A stretch of DNA of 64,000 nt from Octopus sinensis (taxonomy: Eukaryota), in assembly GCF_006345805.1 (NCBI RefSeq), contig NW_021832854.1:31922-95921 (forward strand), read 5' to 3'. Shown here piece by piece: positions 37,505 through 46,709 of the stretch. The notes beneath the pieces were generated by a model. It was given only the letters and a program-made list of their open reading frames with translations, was not told the origin of the DNA and did no database searches. The translations under genes and the position numbers were made by a program. Numbering within the stretch: position 1 is the first letter of the stretch; every line of letters starts with the position of its first letter.

Positions 37505-39227
37505 AATCAGAGGCGGCGACGATAGATTACATCGATATAAAGGAAGACGATGAAAACAGACTCAGCTACTGGCCCCGATGGATTCCCGGCAATCCTCCTA
37601 AAAGCATGTAAGAGAGTCCTAGCAAGACCACTGCAGTTCCTCTTTCAGAGCTTCCTTGCAGCTGGCAAACTTCCAAGAAAACTGAAGGAAGGTAAAATAT
37701 GCCCCATTCATAAAGGAGGTAGCAGAGCGGAAGCCAAGAACTATAGACCTATCTCTCTGACCTCACACATCAGCAAGGTCATGGAACGAATAGTCAGAAG
37801 GAAGCTGATCACCTTCCTTGAAGAAAATGACTTGCTGCCCGACACCCAACATGGTTTCCGACCAGGGAGAAGTTGTTTAACTCAGCTCCTACAACACTAT
37901 GACTGGGTGCTGAAACGGCTGCTCAACCACTCAAATGTGGAAGTGATATATCTCGACTTTGCAAAGGCCTTTGATAAAGTCGATCATGGAATGATATGTC
38001 ACAAACTGCGTGATCTCAACATAGTTGGAAAACTGGGAGAATGGCTTCATGACTTTCTGAAGGATAGAAGTCAGGTGGTAGTAGCCAATGGGGCCACCTC
38101 CATTAACACACAAATAGTGAGCGGTGTTCCGCAGGGCACTGTTCTGGGACCACTACTGTTCATAATGGCCCTCTCAGACATGCCCTCAGCCACGCAGAGA
38201 GCCACGATCACAAGTTATGCAGATGATACAAAAGTTTCACAGGCAATACAGAACCCTGTGGACACTAAACACCTGCAATGTGAGCTAGACAAAATATACA
38301 AGTGGGCCGAAAAGAATAGCATGCAGTTCAATGCTGAAAAGTTTCAAGCTCTATACTATCAGCATGCAAAACTAAATGCAATACCCAATGAATACACTGG
38401 ACCCGGAGGAATAGCAATCCCAGAGGCACAATCAGTGCGTGACCTAGGTATTTACATGAGTGATGACGCGACCTTTTGTGTACATGTTGCTAAATTGGCA
38501 ATGAAATGTAGACGACTGGCCGGATGGATCCTCAGAACCTTTAGAACAAGAGAACAAGAAACCATGATGGTCCTCTGGAGGACACTTGTCCTAAGCCACT
38601 TTGACTACTGCTCTCAGTTATGGTCACCATCCAGTGTCAAGTTGATCACAGAGCTCGAGGCGATCCAACGTAGCTACACGAAGAAGATAGCCTCTATGCA
38701 GAATGTAAGCTACTGGGAAAGACTCAGGAAATTAAAATTATATTCCCTGGAGCGTAGGCGGGAAAGATATGCCATAATATACATCTGGAAGATCCTGGAG
38801 GGAAGTGTCCTGAACTTTGGCATCGAGAGTTACGCAAATGCCAGAACTGGGCGCCACTGCGTGGTGCCTAGGACTCCAAACTTGCCATCAAGATGTAGGA
38901 CAAGATTCTGTGATAGCCTGGGCTTCCGAGGCCCACAGCTCTTCAATATCCTCCCGAAGAACCTGAGAGACCTGCATGGGGTGGATACAGATGTCTTTAA
39001 AATGAAGCTGGATCTCTTCCTGTCAGGTGTCCCAGATGAACCAACTTCACGGCAGGAGGGGCAGATGAGGGCAGCTGCATCGAACTCTCTCATGCACCAA
39101 ATAGCAGCTGCTAGAAAGCCTTCATGAAGTGAAACCAAGTAGCAACACCAAATGGCGGTGCCCCAGCATGGCCACAGCTCATAAGCTGAAACTGGAAAAA
39201 TCAAAAATCAAAATCAAATCAAAATCA
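37505..39227 (+). mobile_element. 5'-truncated CR1-group (CR1/L2/Crack-like) LINE with an uninterrupted 525-codon RT frame
   Basis: ORF 37550-39127 has ATGPDG, NYRPISLTS, YLDFAKAFDKV, SGVPQGTVLGP, YADD (38216-38227) and ...VPDEP. The 3' UTR carries a cagct-cata-agctg hairpin and an (AAAATC)n tail. Confidence 0.93.
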
Positions 39228-40499
39228 TAGTTTCTTGTGACACTCCCTCAATCAAAAGGTTTGTTCATTATCAGAATATTTGTATAGAGATGCATATCTT
39301 CATCTTCACTGTCCTTAGCACATGAAATAAAATCTCATATAAATTTCTTTCACTGACTCACCCATGCTTGCTGGGGCACCCTCTCATTCTAGTTTTTTCG
39401 TCTATTTCAACATATCTGCCTATCCAAGAATAAAAATATCTGTATTTTTTCATTTGTCCAACTCTTGTTGCAACCTCAATACATCTATAGTTGTCCCTTT
39501 CCATCTCTTTGACCTCCTTCCTCTCTTGTTTTGCTCTCTGTCTTTGTCTCATCTATGTCATTTTTTCTTGACATCTTTCCATATCACCTCAGTTTTCTCT
39601 GTTCTGTTATTTCCAGTTTTGTCAACTCTCTACATTACTTATGGTTGATTCATTAGAACCTGTAATTAACAAAGATAATTCTTTGATTATTTTCATATTT
39701 ATCAAATATTACAATATTAAAATATTGTGGTAAAATATTGTAGATGATATTGTCTAATATTTGGCAGAGATACTTAAAATATAAGTAGAAAGGATTTGAA
39801 TTGGCTTTATGATTTTAAAGATGGATTTGCATGTGCATATGATATTTTTGCATGTGTGTGTGCATGTGTGTAAGAGAGAGAGCACATGTGTTTGTGTGTA
39901 TGTGTGTAATTATATATGACTAAATTGCAGTAATGATGCCCAAAGGAACTAGCACAACACTTTCAACTATTATATATCATTGATAATGAGAGACCACTAA
40001 CATTACATGGATAATGCTATATAAGGCAACAGTATTAGTGGATAATTTGAAGTAGGCTATCTATCTTATATAGATGCATAATACTATTTACTATACTTTT
40101 TGCAATCTTAAACAAAAGAAATGAACTCATTTCAGCTTATTTGATTTAAGCTCGAATTGCATCTCATCAGCTCAAAAAATCCTCCAATGCAATTTAAACA
40201 AATATTAGTAATTTTTTCTCAGTCTGCTGTTCAGTACAGTCAGCCATAATCTCAATTGAATGAAACCAATGTCATTCTTCTTATTTTGTGTATCTCTGTG
40301 TATGTATATTTGTGTCAGGTCACTTTCAATGCTACTAGTAACACTTAAGCTAGTACAGCCCCACCTTCAAGCTAGCTTAAATCACTTAAGCTAAATCAGC
40401 CCTACCTCCAGGCTAGCTTGGTGAAAAAGGTTACTTGATACCCTGCAGATCAAAAATCAAGATGTGTCATAATGTTATATGAACCCAGGTCAAGTTGCA

Positions 40500-40700
40500 A
40501 TAGTGCATAGAGACATACAAAAATTCAAGATTATGAATGGGGGAAGATGAAGGGTACAGTAAATCACTTCAGGATTGAGGGGACATAATCTCAAGATTCA
40601 AGAATTTTCCAAAATTGACATACCATTAAGGAAAAGGACAGTTTTAATCTAAGGAAAGAAGTGGACAATTATGGACATGTGTTTCTGGTTCAATAGTTTT
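40500..40700 (+). mobile_element. Very old CR1-type C-terminal relic
   Basis: Fragments IETYK..KIMNG and LRGHNLKIQ. Confidence 0.4.
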
Positions 40701-41926
40701 CATCAATGCAACAATTGTCCAACCTTATCTCCAGTAGAAAACAGTTATGGTCTTGGTAATTTGCATAATTTAAACAAAAATTAGCTAAAACATAGTGTCC
40801 AGTGGCATGTACTTAAATAACTTAGAGCAATACTAGTATGTTAATTCACTCACAACAAAAGTTCTTTGAGCTAATCATTGTTGCCATTTGGTAACTTGAT
40901 ACATCTTCTAGACGTGTAGATAATTTTAATAAATCTAGAATTTTTGTTGTATGGTATTTGACATACTAGTATTTGTCTATGTTATTCAAATACATTCCAT
41001 TGGCCTCTTCGAGTTACCTTTCTTCATTTATTTTTGTTTTACATAAATACACATACACACAACCCAAACAGAAGAGTTCCACTTTAGTCAGTTTTTTTTA
41101 TACTTTATAGTTTTTGGTGTTAGAGCATCCAGCTGTAAAAATCTTGCCAAAACAGTTCCGGAAGTCTGGTGCAGGCTTCTGCCTGACCAGCTCCTGTCAA
41201 ACAGTCCTACCCATTTCAGCATAGAAGGTGGACGTTAAACAATAATGATGATCTAATATTAACATTTTACATTGTTATGGATCAAAAGTTTATTTACTCA
41301 AATACTTTCCTAACTATCTTAGTTTTCCTCTCTTTCTTACTTTCAAAGACCGCTATTTATTTTGTTGTATTAGTTTTCTTTATTTTTTCTGGTACTTATA
41401 TTATCATAAGATTTTATATAAATATTCAAATATTTAAGCATACATGGCAATAGATCATTGTTGTGTGACAATAAGGATTCAGTTATTTGATTGAATAAAT
41501 AACTTTCTTCTGAATTAACATGTAACTGAGCATTCCACAGACCAATGTGACTCAGTGAGTACCAAGACTAGTTTTTTTTTGTATTGAGGATACAATCCAC
41601 CCATTAGTCTTCTAGCCACAGTATAGCCAAATGGTTAAGAAGTTCATTTAGCAATCATGCAGTCACTGGTTCAGTCCTACTTCTTAGCATTTTGTGCAAA
41701 TGTCATTTTATTGTTTTCTTCTATTTTTCTATCCTTGCCTGTCATGGACCCCACTACCACTTCTTTATAGGAAGCTTATTTATTATTTACTAGTTTTTCG
41801 TGATATTCATTTAATGTTTTGTCTTAATTTTAAATTTTAATTTCTATTTTTTATGATGTATTTATTTTAAACACATGATTTCTGAAAGGTCACTTTCCTT
41901 CACTGAAATTATTATACCTATTTCCA

Positions 41927-41974
41927 CATGGCCACAGCTCATTAGCTGAAACTGGAAAAATCAAAAAAAAAAAA
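41927..41974 (+). mobile_element. Extremely 5'-truncated copy (about 48 bp) of the 37.5-kb LINE 3' end
   Basis: catggccacagctcattagctgaaactggaaaaatcaaaaa differs by 1 base from the matching LINE sequence starting at about 39167. Confidence 0.85.
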
Positions 41975-42339
41975 TATATATATATAGGCAATTTATGTTA
42001 TTCAGTTTTCATTTCAATTTCGACTAATTTTTTAATGCATATCTATTTTTCCAGCAACAACCAATTGTTTTCATTTAACAGATTCTTGTTATTTTGATAA
42101 GTAATACCTTCTATAAAATCAGCTTTAAATGTTTATTTGATGAGTTATCCAAAATTTATCAGTGCATCATTTATAAACCATCATATTGTTCAAAATGTTC
42201 ATGGTTATCTGAACATCAGTACCGTGAAACTCTGAGTAATAGCTGGTATTTGTTAAGTCATTTTAGCTTCAATAAAATACATATATATATATATATATAT
42301 ATAAATCTTTGTTTTTTATCTTTGACTTGTTTCACTCAT

Positions 42340-42675
42340 TGGACTAGCACAGCCTTGAAGGATTTAGTCAAAGAAATTATCTCCAGTACTTTTTTTAAAA
42401 TCTGGTACTTATTCTATCAGACTCTTTCACCAAACCACTAAATTATGTGGGCATAAACAAACCATAAATTGTCGAGCATGATAGATGGGAGTGAGGGTAG
42501 GGCAGACACAAACACCAACTTATACAGGCTTCCACACACTTTCCATCTACCAAATTCACTGGCAAAGACATTGATTGATCTAGGACTATAGTAAAAGACA
42601 CTTGCTGAAGGTGCTATGCAGTGAGAGTAAACCTGATACCACACAGTTGCAAAGTGAGCTTCTTTATTACACAGT
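42340..42675 (-). mobile_element. Degenerate CORE-SINE, tail type a
   Basis: ctggtacttattctatcag...ttccatctaccaaattcactggcaaagacattg...gactatagtaaaagacacttgc. Confidence 0.68.
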
Positions 42676-42851
42676 TGTACCTAATACATATTTATATGCA
42701 TGTGTGTGTGTGTATATATCCATACACATATGTATGTATATGTATGTGTACATATATTTATGTGTGTGTAATATCACATTCCAGTAAGGCTCTCTTGAAG
42801 CTCTTTCTTCATATGTAGGTTCTGGTTCATAGAGAAAAATCTCCTCTACAC

Positions 42852-42947
42852 CAGTGGTTCCCAACCTTTTCACAGTGGTTCCAGCAATGGTTCCCGACCC
42901 TTTTACTTAAATTATTTTTCCCATGGACCCTATTTTAATATGCTTAT

Positions 42948-43020
<73 letters not shown>

Positions 43021-43070
43021 AAATTTTGAATTTAGTTCATGGACTCCCCGTACTACCTTTGCAGACCACC
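42852..43070 (+). mobile_element. Buster-type hAT MITE fragment (left end only) with internal microsatellite
   Basis: TIR cagtggttcccaacc at 42852, preceded by ctctacac (NNNTANNN); catggac(c/t)cc subterminal motifs; no right TIR found. Confidence 0.6.
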
Positions 43071-43464
43071 AATTTTGTGCATTGATGAGCAGTGAGGTCA
43101 AAACCTTCAGCAAGATTGCTTTCATGGTATGTACAACATGTTTCTCATGAGTTGCCAAAACTTCTCGTAGCATGAGCAGAAAACCAAAAGAAGTGATTTC
43201 TGGACACATTCTACACATTCTGGACACATTTCTGGTATTGTTGCTTGATGCAAGAAGGCTTTGCTAGCCACTGCTACCATGCTGAACACCAGACTATATT
43301 AGATGTCATATTTTGAAGACTTCTGCAACTTAATAGAGGAGGAAGAAAACTTTACTAAATTGATATTGTTGTCAGTCGTACAACATAAAACTGAGGACCT
43401 ACAAAAGCTAGTAGAGTTGGAGGTTCCTGACCTGGCATGGTGAAATGTATCTCGACCACAGCCA

Positions 43465-43880
43465 ACTGACTGTGTAATTGAGAGGTTTGCTTCCCAATCA
43501 TGTGGTCTCAGATTTAGTCTCACTGTGCGGCACCTCGGGCAAGTCTCTTCTACTACAGTCCCAGGTGGACCAAAGCTTTGTAGTGACTTTAGTAGGTGGA
43601 AACTGAAAGAAGCCTGTCATGTGCCTATGTGTGTTTGTATATATGTATGTATGTGTATATTTGTGTGTGCCTTTTCTTGACATCATGTGATGGTTGTAAA
43701 TGATTATCACTGGTCATATGAGTGATGTTGTTCATTTCCAGTTTTTCTATGACAAAACATGTCTAGCTATGGAGAAATATCTTGTTTGGAAATGGGGAGG
43801 GCATCCAGCCATAGAAAATCTGCCACAACAAATTCCTTCTGACACTTGCAAACATAGAAAAGTATACATGATGATGATGA
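43465..43880 (+). mobile_element. CORE-SINE with RTE-type tail (type b)
   Basis: cacctcgggcaagtctcttc CORE; tail gagggcatccagccatagaaaatctgccacaacaaattcc...(GAT)n. Confidence 0.75.
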
Positions 43881-44159
43881 TATATATGTGTGTGTATAGA
43901 GTGCTGAAAATTGCATTTATTTTTGTCTCTACTGTGGTTGACTTTATTTACTTCTGTATCTTCTCAAGTTTGCTTTTATGCATCACCTTCATATTATCAA
44001 TGCTAACTTCAGTGAATATAAAATTTTTTAATTAATTTCAGTGTTGAATGATGAGATAAATACATTTTATGCAGAATGAAAATATGAAAGTATTATGTGA
44101 CGGTTTTTGGACCATGTTTCAAGAGAAAATATATAGTCCTTTTTTTATATATTTTTCAG

Positions 44160-44330
44160 GACCAGTTGACCCCTGCAGATGATGACTTCCTTGTTATTTA
44201 CAACCGGGTTCCCAAAACTGGGAGTACATCTCTTGCCGGAATTGCTTATGATTTGTGCTCACCTAACAAGTTCAATGTATTACATCTTAATATATCAAGG
44301 AACTCTCACACATTATCCCTGTCTGATCAA
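44160..44330 (+). CDS. HS2ST1: HS2ST1 coding exon with the 5'-PSB (PAPS-binding) loop (171 bp, phase 0-0)
   Basis: Acceptor ttttcAG at 44158-44159, donor GTACGT at 44331. Encodes DQLTPADDDFLVIYNRVPKTGSTSLAGIAYDLCSPNKFNVLHLNISRNSHTLSLSDQ. YNRVPKT(G/A)STS is HS2ST-diagnostic (UST has RVGKCGS). Confidence 0.96.
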
Positions 44331-44659
44331 GTACGTAGCATCTTTTTCATCTTACTAATTTAATTTCCTCATTAGTTAATTAATTTTTTTTGTTCTTTAT
44401 TCATTATAAGTTTTGTCATGTTTGGTTTTATCCCTAGTTTAAATTCTGCTATGTAATATTTGTCACATATGTTCAAGTTATTTTTTATTATGCTTCTACT
44501 CAACAAGTTGACTTTGGGATTGTGACAGTTATAAACACCCACGTCTTTCTTCATTGCCTTCAGTCTTTCTTCTTACTTTGTGATCATCATAGAACTAGAA
44601 TTTAAGAGAATTGATTTCTTATGTCAAATTAATTTTCTCTGAATGATTCACATTTTGAT

Positions 44660-44925
44660 GATCCCAAGGTTTTTGCCCTTGATATCAGCCATGCCCATAA
44701 TCATGATTGATATAAGAAATTCCTTGTTAAGTTACTTGCCTTTGGTCCCTCTTTGTCTCTCTTCTCCTTTGCTGGAAACTTTCTCTCAGACTATTCCATT
44801 GCATCACATCCTGATAGAGCTCTCATCTACAATCTATCAACTCTTGATGTATTCAAAAGTTAGGTTGTGTCACCTGCCCTCTTTTCCATGTCTATTAATG
44901 AATTACTTGCTGTTCCTGTTTACTA
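44660..44925 (+). mobile_element. Old jockey/CR1-group RT relic
   Basis: KVFALDISHA...KLLAFG, NFLSDYSIA and VVSPALFSMSINELL match ALDISKAFD...FLSDRSI...SVLSPTLF..INDLL. Confidence 0.6.
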
Positions 44926-45683
44926 CAGTTTATTCTTATTCTTCTGCTCTTAGACATCTGGTTGCAGTGAGCCAGAAAGTGGGGAACTCTGTGTGGTTGC
45001 TCACCCTCCTAGAAATAGTATCCTAACCTCCTCGGATAATATAGTCAGGGATACATTATACCTTAAACAATGACTAGATTTTCACAGCTTAGACCAGGTG
45101 ATAAACAATAACATGCAATCTAGATGCTTCATGCCACCTACATTACTTCTATGTATAGAAATCTCAAAAACATGCTCCTGTAAGATATAGTCATTATACA
45201 CCAAGAAAGCAGTTTCTTTTCATGTGAATAATGTACAACAAAAATATTTAAAAAAAAACTATATATATAATACTACTAGAACTCTATCTCAAAGACTGGA
45301 CTTCTGATTCAGAGCCAGAAAAAATTTCAAATCTGGCCAAAGTGATAAAAAGTAGATGAATATTTATTTAAATATTAAAAAGTTTCTTAAAAAAAAAGTA
45401 ATGTCTAAGCTGAAACACTTAAATTTATACAAATCTAAATATAGATAAATATTGATTGCATCTGTTACTAGTACGTGTCACAACAAAGAACAAACACCTG
45501 GAAATCTTCTGATGTAAACTTAACTTGAAATGCTTCTGGCATTTTTTAGTGAAACATTGCTCTTTAGAATATTTTATTTCTTCACGTTACTTAGTATCAC
45601 TATATGAAGTAAAATATTTCACACCTTTATACACCTTTCTAATGGAAAAAAGATTAATTGGAATAATAACAAAAGAAAAATTC

Positions 45684-46709
45684 AGTTCTATATTTGAGAG
45701 GTGAGGAATTATGCGCATTACTTACATTTGATGGATATTTGTCCTCATCTTGTTTGTTGTTAACACAACATTTCAGCTGATGTACTCTCCAGCCTTCATC
45801 AGGTGTCCTGGGAGAATTTCGAACCTGGGTTCTCATTCCTAAGGTATTTTTCTGATGTTGTTGTTGTTCAAGTCACTGCTCAGAATCTTGAGGTTGGTAG
45901 CCCATACTCTTAACCACTACACCATATGCCCACGGGCAAGTATGGAGTGAATTTTAGGGCTTATAAATTTAATATTTTCCTTTCCTTAATACCAGTTCCC
46001 ATTTGCTACTCATATCTGCACTCAGTCTGCTTAGGAGGTTATTATGTCCTAGCATATATGCTGCCTCTTTTAGTTTTCATATTTTCCAGTGGTGTTCTCT
46101 GTCTTTTATTTTAACTTCATCCCACAGGGGGAGGTGGCCTCCGTTTTTCCATATATGATCAGCTATACCCGATTTATCAATATCTCCTTGTGTCACCCCC
46201 TCAAAATAAGGGTAGAGCAACATCGCAACTGTGACACGAGGAGATATTGATAAATCGGGTATAGCTGGTCATGTATGGAAAAACGGAGACCACCTCCCCC
46301 TGTGGGATGAAGTTAAAATAAAAGACAGAGAACACCACTGGAAAATATGAAAACTAAAAGAGGCAGCATATATGCTAGGACATAATAACCTCCTAAGCAG
46401 ACCGAGTGCAGATATGAGTAGCATATGGGAACTGATATTAAGGAAAGGAAAATATTAAATTTATAAGCCCTAAAATTCACTCCATACTTGCCCGTGAGCA
46501 TATGGCGTAGTGGTTAGAGCATGGGCTACTAACCCCCAAGATTCCGAGTTCGATTCCAGGCAGTGACCTGAATAATAATTGGAAAAGTACCTTAGGAATG
46601 AGAACCCAGGTTCAAAATTCTCCCAGGACACCTGATGAAGGCTGGAGAGTACATCAGCTGAAATGTTGTGTTAACAACAAACAAGATGAGGACAAATATC
46701 TGTCAAATG
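45684..46709. mobile_element. 1.03-kb foldback insertion (about 475-bp inverted arms) flanked by a 13-bp direct repeat
   Basis: Arms 45725-46196 and 46231-46709; 34-bp spacer; aaaagaaaaattc at 45671-45683 and 46710-46722. Each arm holds a tRNA-like head facing outward and a CTGATGA...GAAA motif. Confidence 0.88.

Noticed and set aside
44097-44363. 88-aa ORF as the full coding unit
   Set aside because: Only 44160-44330 is bounded by splice sites and homologous to HS2ST1; the flanks are intron read-through.
45926-46501. Twin 62-aa ORFs on opposite strands as a small-protein pair
   Set aside because: They are a consequence of the inverted repeat, with no splice or homology support. They were used only as confirmation of arm identity.
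46497-46566. Possible tRNA gene (also heads at 24689-24765 and about 9100-9175)
   Set aside because: A and B boxes are present, but the acceptor and anticodon stems do not pair properly and each runs into a repeat body. They are SINE-type heads.
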